53,168 nucleotides of DNA from Polyangiaceae bacterium. GTDB lineage: Bacteria; Myxococcota_A; Polyangia; Polyangiales; Polyangiaceae. The position numbers and the translations under genes were made by a program. The stretch is taken from positions 1 to 53,168 of the forward strand of contig DATGJA010000433.1 in the NCBI GenBank assembly GCA_035295445.1, written 5' to 3'. Shown in pieces: positions 1 to 9,346 of this stretch. Position 1 is the first letter of the stretch, and every line of letters begins with the position of its first letter. Below the pieces are notes generated by a model. It had not been told where the DNA came from. It was given only the letters and a program-made list of their open reading frames with translations, and ran no database searches.

Positions 1-1
1 G

Positions 2-685
2 CTCGTGTTGGCTGTGGGGGCGGTGCTCATCGAGGCGGTCCTGCGAGCGGAAGAATCGCGGCTCGCGCGCGAGCTTCGAACCGCGCGATCGGGGACGACC
101 GTCTTGCGTTCGCTGGCCGTCCGCAGGCGGGAGCAGCTGCCTTTTTTCGCGCGATTGTTCTCGACCCGTATCGGGATGGCGGCGCTGCTGCTCGCGGACG
201 GTGAGCGCTCCGGAGCGCTCACCGCGCTGGCGACCGAGCCCTTCCTCATGCGAGGCGGCCGCCTCGACGGATTGCGCGCCATCGTCGACGCGGACGTCGA
301 GCGGGCCACCGGCACCTCCGTCGGCCTGGACCGCTGCGTCGGCTGGCTTCGCGAAGCCCCCCCCCTCGGCCACCGCGAGGCGGATCTCTACCGCACGCAC
401 GTCCTGGTCAAGGCCATCCTCGAGCGGGGGGACGCGGACACGGGCGTGAAGGTCGCCGAGTGCTTGGTGAGATCTGCCGACGACGAAGAGCGCGTCTACG
501 CGACCTGGCTCCGGGTGTGGTTCGACATGGACGCGGCCGATGCGGGCGACGTCCGCTGGCCCGATCTGACCGAGGGGGACCTGCGCGTCGCCGCGCTTGC
601 AGCGCGGGCGCACGGCGCGGAGCGTCTGGTCGAGCTTTTCGATACGCGCCTCGCGGCCATTGCGCGACCGGAGGGACAAGGGTAA
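2..685 (+). CDS. hypothetical protein, 5' end outside window
   Basis: The frame is open from the window edge to TAA at 683-685. Codon third positions are G/C-rich. I recognise no motif. Confidence 0.45.
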   Translation, partial: LVLAVGAVLIEAVLRAEESRLARELRTARSGTTVLRSLAVRRREQLPFFARLFSTRIGMAALLLADGERSGALTALATEPFLMRGGRLDGLRAIVDADVERATGTSVGLDRCVGWLREAPPLGHREADLYRTHVLVKAILERGDADTGVKVAECLVRSADDEERVYATWLRVWFDMDAADAGDVRWPDLTEGDLRVAALAARAHGAERLVELFDTRLAAIARPEGQG

Positions 686-700
686 TCGTCAGCACTCGTC

Positions 701-1480
701 ATGCGGGCCCCGGATGAACGCGACGACGATACGGTGGCCCCGCCTCCGCCGGACCCGGGCCTCAAGTACCGGCGCATCGTCCTCAAGCTGAGCGGCGAGG
801 CGCTTTGCGGCCGCGAGGGCGGCTTCGGGATCGACGGAAACGTCATCCGGGCGACGGCCAGCGAACTGGCCGAGGTCCACGCGCTCGGCGCTCAGATCGG
901 CCTCGTAGTTGGCGGCGGCAACATCTTTCGCGGGCTCAAGGGTGCAAGCACCGGGATGGATCGGGCGCAAGGCGACTACATGGGGATGCTGGCGACCGTC
1001 ATCAACGCGCTCGCGATGCAAGACGCCCTCGAGAAGGCCGGCGCGGCTACACGGGTGATGACGGCGCTTGAGATCCGGCAAGTCGCCGAGCCGTATATCC
1101 GGCGACGCGCGATCCGCCACCTGGAGAAGGGGCGCATCGTCATCTTTGCGGCCGGCACGGGCAATCCGTACTTTTCGACCGACACGGCGGCCGCGCTACG
1201 GGCCATGGAGATCCACGCCGACTGCCTCTGCAAGGCTACCAAGGTCGAGGGCATCTACGACCGCGACCCCGTGCTCTACCCGAGCGCCCAGATGTACGCG
1301 CGCATGACGTTCGATCGGTTCCTCGCCGAACGCATCGGCGTCATGGACTCGACCGCCGTGACGCTGTGCCGGGACAACGAGATGCCCATCCGCGTTTTCA
1401 AGATGGCGACGCGGGGAAACATTAAGCGCGTCGTCCTCGGGGATCCGATCGGCACGATCGTCGAGGGGGTAAGTCCGTAG
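701..1480 (+). CDS. pyrH: UMP kinase
   Basis: ATG 701, TAG 1478-1480. Amino-acid-kinase/UMP-kinase motifs are [35 protein letters not shown] and [21 protein letters not shown]. The first ~20 aa form an acidic/Pro-rich extension. Confidence 0.95.
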   Translation: MRAPDERDDDTVAPPPPDPGLKYRRIVLKLSGEALCGREGGFGIDGNVIRATASELAEVHALGAQIGLVVGGGNIFRGLKGASTGMDRAQGDYMGMLATVINALAMQDALEKAGAATRVMTALEIRQVAEPYIRRRAIRHLEKGRIVIFAAGTGNPYFSTDTAAALRAMEIHADCLCKATKVEGIYDRDPVLYPSAQMYARMTFDRFLAERIGVMDSTAVTLCRDNEMPIRVFKMATRGNIKRVVLGDPIGTIVEGVSP

Positions 1481-1546
1481 CCGAACGCTGGCGCGAACCA
1501 CGACACCCGTGGTCAAGAGAACGGGCGCCGTCTCTTCCGAGGGGGG

Positions 1547-1587
1547 GCAGTCGGATCTTCTCGCTTGCTCGAGCGAGCGGACTTAGG
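1547..1587. repeat. intergenic repeat family, copy A
   Basis: gcagtcggatcttcTCGCTTGCTCGAGCGAGCGGACTtagg lies between the pyrH stop and the dapF stop. The dapF stop TTA (1583-1585) falls inside the element. Confidence 0.75.
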
Positions 1588-2395
1588 CCAGCCCGGCGAC
1601 CGCGCCGTCGAACACGTGTCGCGCGGGTCCGCACATCGTAGCGCGGCTCGCGGCGTCGATCGTGACGGTCAACCGGCCGCCCGGCAAGCGGACGGCGATC
1701 GGCGCGTCGCGCGAGGTGAGTCCCTTGTCGCACGCAACGGCGGCCGTCGCGCACGCGCCCGTCCCGCATGCGAGGGTGATCCCGACGCCACGCTCCCACA
1801 CGACCAGGTCGATGCCATCCGCAGCCACGCGCGCGAACTCCACGTTGGTGCCGCGAGGAAAATCCGGATGCGTCGCGACCCGCGGGCCCAGGTGCTCGAC
1901 CTCGCCGCGCGCGAAGGCGCCAAAGAGGACCGCGTGCGGGTTCCCGGCGTCGGCCACGGTCACGAGGACACGCTTGCCGTCGACGTCGACCGCACGGTCC
2001 CCGTACACGTGGATGACGCCCATGTCGACGGTCACCATCCCGTCACCTCTCACGTCGTCCACGTCGCATGCGCAGGGGCCGGCGTCCGTCTCGACGCGGA
2101 TCTTCGCCTGGCGCAGACCGCGACCTCGCGCGACGTGGAGCGCGACGCATCGCACCCCGTTGCCACACATCTCCGGGACCGAACCGTCGGCGTTGATGAC
2201 CCTCATCCGCACGTCGCAACCGTCGGCGCGCGCAGGCAGGACGAGGAGCACGCCGTCTGCGCCCACGCCGAAACGGCGGTCGCACCACGCCGCGGCGCAC
2301 TCGGGGATGACGATGCGCTCGTCCGTAGCATCGACGACAATGAAATCGTTGCCGAGCCCCTCGTACTTGTGAAACGACGTGGCGGAAGCCCCCAT
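1583..2395 (-). CDS. dapF: diaminopimelate epimerase
   Basis: FHKYEGLGNDFIVVD N-terminus plus the two catalytic Cys motifs, EMCGNGVRC and LACGTGACA. The start is set at ATG 2393-2395 (MGASATSFHKYEG). Upstream in-frame starts at 2413 and 2458 are possible but would overlap aroC. Confidence 0.9.
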   Translation of the reverse strand: MGASATSFHKYEGLGNDFIVVDATDERIVIPECAAAWCDRRFGVGADGVLLVLPARADGCDVRMRVINADGSVPEMCGNGVRCVALHVARGRGLRQAKIRVETDAGPCACDVDDVRGDGMVTVDMGVIHVYGDRAVDVDGKRVLVTVADAGNPHAVLFGAFARGEVEHLGPRVATHPDFPRGTNVEFARVAADGIDLVVWERGVGITLACGTGACATAAVACDKGLTSRDAPIAVRLPGGRLTVTIDAASRATMCGPARHVFDGAVAGLA

Positions 2396-2461
2396 CGAGG
2401 GGCAACCTAGCATGCTGGCGTCCGACCGCGACCCACGGCCCGTGCTAGATTGCGCCACGGA

Positions 2462-3631
2462 ATGTCACGGCTGCGCTGGATGACCGCGGGTGAGTCGCAC
2501 GGCCCCCGTCTGACCGCGCTCGTCGAAGGAATTCCGGCGGGCTTGCCACTCCTGGCTGAGGACGTCGACGTCGAACTCGCGCGACGGCAGCGCGGATACG
2601 GGCGCGGCGGGCGGATGAAGATCGAAACGGATCGGGTCGAGTTCGTCGGCGGCGTGCGGAGCGGGGAGACGCTTGGATCGCCCATCGCGATGTCCATTGT
2701 CAATCGTGACCACGCGAACTGGCTCGACCGCATGTCGCCGGCGCCGATGGAAGTGACGCCGGAGGCGCTCACGCGCCCGCGCCCGGGCCACGCCGACTTG
2801 GCGGGGGGGTTGAAGCACGGTAGGCACGATTTGCGCGACATCCTCGAACGCGCGAGCGCCAGGGAGACCGCATCGCGCACGGCCGTGGGTGCGGTGTGTC
2901 GCAAACTCCTCACGGCGGTCGGGATCGACGTCTTCGCGCACGTCGTCGCGATTGGCCCGGTCGAGGCGACTGCCCCCGGGACGCGACTGCCGGAAGAACT
3001 TCGCGCACGCGCACGAGAAAGCGACCTCGCCTGCGCCGATCCGGAGGCGGAGGTGCGGATGAAGGACGCGATCCGCGAGGCCTCGCACGCCGGTGACACG
3101 CTGGGCGGTGTCTTCGAGGTGGTAGCGACGGGCGTCGTGCCCGGTCTCGGCAGCCACGTGCAGTGGGACCGCAAGCTCGACGGGCGCTTGGCCCAAGCTC
3201 TCATGAGCATCCAGGCAATGAAGGGCGTTGAGATCGGCGCAGGATTTGGGGCGGCGCGTTCGCGCGGGTCCGAGGTGCACGACGCGATTCACTATGACGC
3301 GCACCATCACAGATTCACGCGCCCCACCAACCGCGCGGGGGGGCTCGAGGGCGGCATTACCAACGGCGAGCCGGTGGTCTGTCGCGTGGCGATGAAGCCC
3401 ATCGCGACGCTGAAGAAGGCGCTAGCGAGCGCGGACGTCGTGACCAAGGAAGCCTACGAGGCGGCCTTCGAACGAAGCGACGTCTGCGCGGTCGCTGCCG
3501 GCAGCGTGGTAGGCGTTGCCATGGTGGGTATCGTCTTGGCGGACGCCTTGCTCGAGAAGTTCGGCGGTGATTCGATACGCGAGCTCGTGCGCAACGTCGA
3601 CGGCTATCGCGCGCAGTTGGCCGAGTACTGA
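2462..3631 (+). CDS. aroC: chorismate synthase
   Basis: [16 protein letters not shown]-terminus, [10 protein letters not shown] and [15 protein letters not shown] motifs. ATG 2462 is chosen over the ORF-track start at 2450. Confidence 0.95.
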   Translation: MSRLRWMTAGESHGPRLTALVEGIPAGLPLLAEDVDVELARRQRGYGRGGRMKIETDRVEFVGGVRSGETLGSPIAMSIVNRDHANWLDRMSPAPMEVTPEALTRPRPGHADLAGGLKHGRHDLRDILERASARETASRTAVGAVCRKLLTAVGIDVFAHVVAIGPVEATAPGTRLPEELRARARESDLACADPEAEVRMKDAIREASHAGDTLGGVFEVVATGVVPGLGSHVQWDRKLDGRLAQALMSIQAMKGVEIGAGFGAARSRGSEVHDAIHYDAHHHRFTRPTNRAGGLEGGITNGEPVVCRVAMKPIATLKKALASADVVTKEAYEAAFERSDVCAVAAGSVVGVAMVGIVLADALLEKFGGDSIRELVRNVDGYRAQLAEY

Positions 3632-3638
3632 GAGAGGG

Positions 3639-5225
3639 ATGCGACCGGTCGTCCTCAGCGGCTTCATGGGCACGGGCAAGAGCACCCTAGGCCCCGCCCT
3701 TGCCGCGCGTCTGGGGGTCCCGTTCGTCGATACCGACGCCGAGATCGAACGGCGGTCCGGTCGCTCGGTCCCCGACCTATGGCGGGAGGAGGGGGAAGCG
3801 GCGTTCCGCCAGCGGGAGGCGGAGCTCGCCGATCGACTCCTCGGACAACAGGGCGGTGTGGTCGTCGCCTTCGGGGGCGGCACGGTGACCGTGGATCGCG
3901 TCCGACGCCTCGCCGCAGATCGGGCGCTCGTCGTCACGTTGATGGCGGCCCCCGAGGCCGTCGTGGCCCGCACGCCGAACCTCGCCGCCCGCCCCAACCT
4001 CGCCGTGGGCGACCCCATCGCGCGCGCGCGGGAGCTCATGGACCACCGCGCCGCGGCGTACGCCGAGTGCCACCTGTCGCTGCGCACCGACACGCTTTCC
4101 CCAGAGGGGGCCCTGGACGCGATCGTCGCCCTCGTTGGGCGCGACCCGTTGCTGATGCCCCTCGGGGCGCGAAGTTACCCCCTCGACGTCTGCATCGACG
4201 AGCCCGCGCGCCTGACGGACGCGGTCGCGCGATGCGCTCCTTCCTCCGTCGTCATGGTGACCGACTCGAACGTGCAGCGCGCGCGGGGGGCGGCGATCGA
4301 CGCGGCGCTGCGGCCCCTGCAGACCCCGACCACGCGCGTGGCGCTCCCGGCGGGCGAGACGCACAAGACCCTCGCTAGCGTGTCGACGATCTGGGACGCA
4401 GCGCTCGGCGCCGGGGTCGATCGCGACGCGGTCGTCGTCGCGACCGGCGGTGGTGTGGTGGGAGACTTGGCCGGCTTCGCAGCCGCTTGCCTGCTCCGGG
4501 GCGTTCGCTTCGTGCAGGTGCCGACGACGCTGCTCGCGATGGTGGACTCGTCGGTCGGGGGTAAGACGGGGTTCGACCACCCAACGGGAAAGAACCTGGT
4601 CGGCGCGTTCCACCAGCCGAGCGCGGTCGTCGCCGACCTGCATCACCTGACGACTTTGGCGCCGCGCGAGCTCAAGTCCGGACTCGCGGAGGTCGCGAAG
4701 ATCGCGCTCGCGACCGACGCGGCGCTGCTCGACCGCGTCGAGGCCGCAGCGGGGGAGCTCGCGGGGGGGAATCACGGCGCGCTGCTTCCCGTGGTGCGCG
4801 CGGCCATCGAGGCGAAGATCCGAATCGTGCGCGACGATGAGCGCGAGTCCGGTCCGCGTGCGCTGCTCAACCTCGGGCACACGCTGGGCCACGCGCTCGA
4901 AGCACAGGGCGGGTACTCGCGATGGTTGCACGGGGAGGCCGTCGCTATGGGAACGGTGGCGGAGATGCAGGCGACGGCATCCCTGGGATGGACGCCGCGC
5001 GACCTCGTGCACCGAGCGGTGGCGGCCCTGGCCGCCCTGGGACTGCCGACGCGCGTGGATCCGACCGAGCTCGCCGCGGCTTGGCACTTCGTTTCGAGCG
5101 ACAAGAAGCGCGCCCGCGAACACACGCGAGACGTGCTGCGCCTGCCCGTCGTCACGGGCCCGGGTCGATCGGCGATTTACACGATCGCGCTCGCGGACCT
5201 GCGGGCGGCGGCGCTGGGGAGCTGA
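3639..5225 (+). CDS. aroKB: bifunctional shikimate kinase / 3-dehydroquinate synthase (fusion)
   Basis: ATG 3639 is preceded by GAGAGGG. The N-terminal ~170 aa carry the shikimate kinase P-loop (VVLSGFMGTGKSTLG, FVDTD). The remainder is DHQ synthase (GGGVVGDLAGFAAACLLRGVRFVQVPTTLLAMVDSSVGGKTG, LNLGHTLGHALE, WLHGEAVAMG). Confidence 0.9.
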   Translation: MRPVVLSGFMGTGKSTLGPALAARLGVPFVDTDAEIERRSGRSVPDLWREEGEAAFRQREAELADRLLGQQGGVVVAFGGGTVTVDRVRRLAADRALVVTLMAAPEAVVARTPNLAARPNLAVGDPIARARELMDHRAAAYAECHLSLRTDTLSPEGALDAIVALVGRDPLLMPLGARSYPLDVCIDEPARLTDAVARCAPSSVVMVTDSNVQRARGAAIDAALRPLQTPTTRVALPAGETHKTLASVSTIWDAALGAGVDRDAVVVATGGGVVGDLAGFAAACLLRGVRFVQVPTTLLAMVDSSVGGKTGFDHPTGKNLVGAFHQPSAVVADLHHLTTLAPRELKSGLAEVAKIALATDAALLDRVEAAAGELAGGNHGALLPVVRAAIEAKIRIVRDDERESGPRALLNLGHTLGHALEAQGGYSRWLHGEAVAMGTVAEMQATASLGWTPRDLVHRAVAALAALGLPTRVDPTELAAAWHFVSSDKKRAREHTRDVLRLPVVTGPGRSAIYTIALADLRAAALGS

Positions 5226-5367
5226 CCTCGACGTACCCGACCACCACGTTTTTGGCGATTTCAACGGGGCAGGGGTACCCTTCTTGGTCAGTGTCATGTC
5301 GCGCCCCCGGGCACGCGCGCGGCCGGTTGGCGCGCTCGCGGCGCGAGGGTGGCGAGGGAGGATGCTC

Positions 5368-6195
5368 ATGAAGCGCGTCTTGGGACATGTCTTGGCCGGG
5401 GTCACGTTCGTCGCGGGAGGCGGCGTCGTCGTGTCCGCGTGCGCCCATGACGACAGCACGCTCTTCGTGAGCCAGGTGCTCGCGCCCCAGCTCGTCGCCA
5501 ACGGGAACGAATGCGTGTTCACGGGCGATCCGACGCAGCCGTTCCTCTCGTCCGGCATCGTGGACGTTGACTTCAGGAACGACTACACGCCGACGTATCT
5601 CGTGGGAAATCAAACAGTTCCACGCGGCGACCCGAACGCCCCGCAGACCGAAACGTCAATCATTACAATTCAGGGCGCGGTCGTCAAAGTCACCGACACG
5701 GACGGCAACACGCTGCGAAACTTCACGCGGCTCTCGACCGCGACGATCCACCCATCTTCGGGCAGCACGCCGAGCTACTCGCCGATCAGCGTGACCACCA
5801 TCGATTCTCAGACGCTGGACGGCCTACGGCCGAAGCTCGCGGGTGGCGACACGATCCGGCTCGTTACCTACGTCCAGTTTTTCGGCAAGACCTTGGGGGG
5901 CCAGGACGTGGAGTCGAACAACTTCGAGTTCCCGGTCGACGTGTGCATGTTCGTGCCCGGACCGAACGGCGGTGTGCTGAACAGCTGCCTCATCCAGTTT
6001 GCGCCTCAGGACATGAATGCCGTCGCAATGGAGCCGAATTGCCTGTCCGCCGCGTCGGGCATGGCGAGCACCACCCTGCCCGTTCCGTGCGAGCGAGGAC
6101 AGGACTTCGCGGTGGACTGCAGTCAATGCCAGGACGTCCAGGCCTGCCACGGCGTTGCTACGTCGGTCCCGGTCGACGCGGGCGGCGGCGGATAA
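5368..6195 (+). CDS. lipoprotein, Cys-rich C-terminus, function unknown
   Basis: MKRVLGHVLAGVTFVAGGGVVVSAC signal peptide with a lipobox Cys. GGGAGG lies 6 nt upstream of ATG 5368, and ATG 5362 is an alternative start. The C-terminal ~90 aa contain 8 Cys. Confidence 0.7.
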   Translation: MKRVLGHVLAGVTFVAGGGVVVSACAHDDSTLFVSQVLAPQLVANGNECVFTGDPTQPFLSSGIVDVDFRNDYTPTYLVGNQTVPRGDPNAPQTETSIITIQGAVVKVTDTDGNTLRNFTRLSTATIHPSSGSTPSYSPISVTTIDSQTLDGLRPKLAGGDTIRLVTYVQFFGKTLGGQDVESNNFEFPVDVCMFVPGPNGGVLNSCLIQFAPQDMNAVAMEPNCLSAASGMASTTLPVPCERGQDFAVDCSQCQDVQACHGVATSVPVDAGGGG

Positions 6196-6233
6196 GACAC
6201 GCCTGCAACGACATGAACGCCGAGGACGGGGCG

Positions 6234-6803
6234 ATGAGGCGTCGTCGGGGCGCAACCTGGGCGCTGGGGGCAGCCGCGGTCGTCGGCACGGTGTCGACCC
6301 ACACCCTTGGTGCTCCGCAGGCGAGCGCCGGCCTGACGTTAGGTGGGGCCGTGAAAGACGCGGTCGGGCCGCCGAGCGCGCGGGGGGCGTTTCACCTCGG
6401 CGGCCGTGCCGATGTCCTATTCTTCCGCGATCGTGGCGCTGACATGGCGCTGGGGCCGTACGTTGACGTCGCGACGTCGAGCTTCGACGCAATCGACCTC
6501 GGTGGTGGCGCAACGTGGCTCCTTCCGCTACGCGACGACCTACCCCTCGCGATCTCCGCGGGCGCGCTTGTCCGCCAGGGGGCGGGCCGGTCGTGGGCGC
6601 CGGGAATGGTCAGCGGCTTGTTCTTCGGATCCCGGAGTTACAACTTTCACTCCTTGTACGGGATGGCCGCGGGCTTCTTCGCGCAGACCCGCTGGATCCC
6701 CGCGTCGCCCGCGACGCTGGACGTCATCGCCGGCGTGCAGATCGACGCAGAGATGCTGGCGCTGCCGGTGCTTCTCCTCGTGGGCGCCCTGAGGGCGAAC
6801 TGA
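6234..6803 (+). CDS. exported hypothetical protein
   Basis: MRRRRGATWALGAAAVVGTVSTHTLGAPQASA signal peptide. GAGGA lies 7 nt upstream, and ATG 6213 is an alternative start. The Gly/aromatic-rich body could be a small beta-barrel. Confidence 0.6.
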   Translation: MRRRRGATWALGAAAVVGTVSTHTLGAPQASAGLTLGGAVKDAVGPPSARGAFHLGGRADVLFFRDRGADMALGPYVDVATSSFDAIDLGGGATWLLPLRDDLPLAISAGALVRQGAGRSWAPGMVSGLFFGSRSYNFHSLYGMAAGFFAQTRWIPASPATLDVIAGVQIDAEMLALPVLLLVGALRAN

Positions 6804-6926
6804 GGGGCGCGGGGTTTGGGGGGCGAGCCATAGTCGCGACTCTAACTAGCCAGGGCTTCAGCCTGTGGCCCGCCAGCCCGATCCGCCAGGGCCCCCCGTC
6901 CTCTGTGCGTGTTAGGCTCGCCGCCC

Positions 6927-7250
6927 ATGGAACGCCGCACCGTGGACCTTCGCGTTGGGGGGCAGAACTATCGGGTCGTCAGCTCTGCCCCCGAAGACGA
7001 ATTGCAGCGGCTTGCAGCGGTGGTGACCACGAAGATCGCGGAGCTCACCCCGCGCGGTCGGCCGATTCAGGCGCAAGCATTGCTCCTTGCTGCGATTGCC
7101 CTCGCCCACGACGTCGAGACGGAGCGCGAACGTCGCGAGGCACTCGAGCGGAGGACGCGCGACCTCCTGCGGCGCGCGCTTGTCCGAGTCGATGCCGCAC
7201 TCGAACCCTTGGAGGACGACGGCAGCCCCGCCGAACAAAGTTTCACGTGA
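6927..7250 (+). CDS. zapA: cell division protein ZapA
   Basis: About 107 aa. It has the ZapA pattern VDLRVGGQNYRVVSSAPEDELQRLAAVVTTKIAEL followed by ALLLAAIALAHDV and a coiled-coil tail. ATG 6927, with GTG 6909 as an alternative. Confidence 0.8.
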   Translation: MERRTVDLRVGGQNYRVVSSAPEDELQRLAAVVTTKIAELTPRGRPIQAQALLLAAIALAHDVETERERREALERRTRDLLRRALVRVDAALEPLEDDGSPAEQSFT

Positions 7251-8383
7251 AACACAAAACCCCTGCGGCGCTCCGGTTCCTCGAGAGCGCGCTCGAAGAG
7301 GCCGCCCGTTGCGGCCTCGTCCGCGAGCGTCCGACGGTGCCTTCGAAGCAGGCGCTCCTGTCCTTCTGTTCCAATGATTACCTCGATCTGGCGCGACGCC
7401 CTTCCCCGCCGCGCGCCTCCGGGGCCGGGGCCTCGCGGCTCGTCGGGGGGGAACGTTTCGAACACGTGGAGCTCGAGCGGGCATCTGCAGCGCTCGTGGA
7501 CTTGCCCTCGGCGCTCGCCTTCACTTCCGGGTACGCGGCCAACGTGGGACTCCTCTCCGCGCTGGCCGGTCCGGGGGACCTGCTGATCAGCGACGAACTG
7601 AACCACGCCTCCCTCATCGACGGTGCGCGACTCTCGCGGGCCCGCGTCGTTGTCGTGCCGCACCTGAGGCTCTCCGCCGTCGAAGACGTCCTCCGCGGCA
7701 GGGGCCGGGGGAACGCGTTCGTCGTCACTGAGTCGTACTTCAGCATGGACGCGGACGGCCCCGACCTGCGTGCACTGCGCGAACTCTGCGATCGTTTCGG
7801 TGCGGCGCTCGTCGTGGACGAGGCGCACGCGCTCGGCGTTCTCGGACCGGGGGGAAGGGGACGCTGTAGGGAGGCGGGCGTTCGCCCGGACGCCCTGGTC
7901 GGCACGTACGGCAAGGCCTTCGGGGCAAGCGGCGCATTCGTCGCCGGGTGCGATACGCTCGTTCGCTGGCTCTGGAACCGCGCTCGGTCGTTCGTCTTTT
8001 CGACGGGGATGGCGCCTTCGCAGGCGGCGGCCGCGACGGCGGGGATCGCGGCGGCGGAGCAGGAGGCCGGCCGGCGGGAGCGGGTCCTCGCCGCGGCGAG
8101 CGCCTTCCGGCGCGGCTTGCAGAATCTCGGGGTGTCACCGCCGGGGTTTGGTCACATCGTCCCGTGGGTCCTCGGCGACGCGGGCGGGGCCGTCGCGAAG
8201 GCCGCAGAGCTGGTCGCCCTGGGCATCGACGTCCGCGCTATCCGACCCCCCTCGGTCCCTCGCGGGACGGCGCGCTTGCGCTTCACAATGACCGCCGCTC
8301 ACTGTCCCGCCGACATCACTCGAGCCCTTTCGGCGGTCGCCTCGCTGGTCGACCGCTCGGCCATCTCATGCCCGCCTCCCTAA
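7247..8383 (+). CDS. bioF: 8-amino-7-oxononanoate synthase (BioF/KBL family)
   Basis: CSNDYLDL, SGAGASRLVGGE, FTSGYAANVGLL, DELNHASLIDG, VVDEAHALG and the PLP-Lys motif GTYGKAFGASGAF. There is no in-frame ATG near the conserved N-terminus. GTG 7247-7249 overlaps the zapA TGA (7248-7250) as GTGA. Confidence 0.88.
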   Translation: MKHKTPAALRFLESALEEAARCGLVRERPTVPSKQALLSFCSNDYLDLARRPSPPRASGAGASRLVGGERFEHVELERASAALVDLPSALAFTSGYAANVGLLSALAGPGDLLISDELNHASLIDGARLSRARVVVVPHLRLSAVEDVLRGRGRGNAFVVTESYFSMDADGPDLRALRELCDRFGAALVVDEAHALGVLGPGGRGRCREAGVRPDALVGTYGKAFGASGAFVAGCDTLVRWLWNRARSFVFSTGMAPSQAAAATAGIAAAEQEAGRRERVLAAASAFRRGLQNLGVSPPGFGHIVPWVLGDAGGAVAKAAELVALGIDVRAIRPPSVPRGTARLRFTMTAAHCPADITRALSAVASLVDRSAISCPPP

Positions 8384-8577
8384 TGCGCCGGGTCTTTTGA
8401 TTCGATGGAGCGTGTGGATGCCTCGGCGGGCCTACGCCCGCCGACGCCCGTAGCGAATGGTCTTGCGGAGGCTGCGCCCCCCTCCTGCCCTCAGGGCACG
8501 AGCCCTCCCCGGGATGTCCTGGGCGAATGTCTTTCTTTGCTAGGAACGCACAAAGAGCCGGGAACCGTGCTCAGATG

Positions 8578-8598
8578 CGACTTCGCGAGCAGAAGTCG
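8578..8598 (+). promoter_or_regulatory. stem-loop immediately upstream of bioD
   Basis: CGACTTC-gcgagca-GAAGTCG (7-bp stem, 7-nt loop) ends 15 nt before the bioD ATG. It is flanked by GGAACC (8561-8566) and GGTTCC (8601-8606). Confidence 0.3.
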
Positions 8599-8613
8599 TT
8601 GGTTCCGTTGCAG

Positions 8614-9282
8614 ATGAAGAACGCTCTCGTCGTCGTCTCGGGAACGGGGACCGGAATCGGCAAGACCCACTTCGCCGAAGCACTCCTGCTTGCCCTCGGG
8701 GCGACGGGGGCCCGAGCAATAGGGTACAAGCCAATCGAAACGGGGCTGGCCGAGGCGACCGTCTCGGACGGCGCCCGCCTCGATCGCGCGTCGGTGTTTC
8801 ACGTGGAACCGTCGGCGTACTTGTATGGAGACCCTATTTCGCCGCACCTAGCGGCCCGTCAGCAGGGCGAGCCTATCGACGTGGCGACGATCGCCGAGCG
8901 GGTCTTTGCGTTGCGCGATCAGGCAGACGTCACGGTCGTCGAGCTGGCGGGTGGCCTCTTTTCACCGCTCGCCGACGAGACCGTGAACGCCGACGTGGTT
9001 CAGGCGCTCAGTCCGGACCGAACGCTCCTCGTCACGCCAGACCGTCTGGGCGTGCTCCACGAGGCGATCGCGACGATCCGCGCGGTCGCCACCGTTCCCC
9101 TTCGGGTGGACGGAATTGTCGTCGTCGAGCCCGAGCTCGGAGACGCCTCGACGGGCTCCAACGCGGAGGAGTTGCGGCGGTTGCAGCCCGTCCCCGTCGT
9201 CGCTCGCCTGCCGCGAGGTACGATCACGGACCTGAGCGCCGACCCGCAGGTCGTCGCGCTCGCCGCGGCCCTCCTTCGCTAA
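8614..9282 (+). CDS. bioD: dethiobiotin synthase
   Basis: MKNALVVVSGTGTGIGKTHFAEAL P-loop, GYKPIETG, SPHLAA and VELAGGLFSPL motifs. Confidence 0.9.
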   Translation: MKNALVVVSGTGTGIGKTHFAEALLLALGATGARAIGYKPIETGLAEATVSDGARLDRASVFHVEPSAYLYGDPISPHLAARQQGEPIDVATIAERVFALRDQADVTVVELAGGLFSPLADETVNADVVQALSPDRTLLVTPDRLGVLHEAIATIRAVATVPLRVDGIVVVEPELGDASTGSNAEELRRLQPVPVVARLPRGTITDLSADPQVVALAAALLR

Positions 9283-9346
9283 GGCAGGGGGAGCGACGTG
9301 AGTCGAGTCTTCAACTTTGGATCCCATGCCCTCGCGAGATCCACCA

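Noticed and set aside
6515-7246. A 244-codon upstream extension of the bioF reading frame.
   Set aside because: It overlaps zapA and an exported-protein gene, has an Arg/Pro-rich composition, and lacks similarity to the BioF N-terminus. The GTG at 7247 fits the conserved start.
8405-8617. A 70-aa ORF in the bioF-bioD spacer.
   Set aside because: It has no RBS, a low-complexity Pro/Ala/Arg composition, and it overlaps the hairpin region. It is more likely non-coding.
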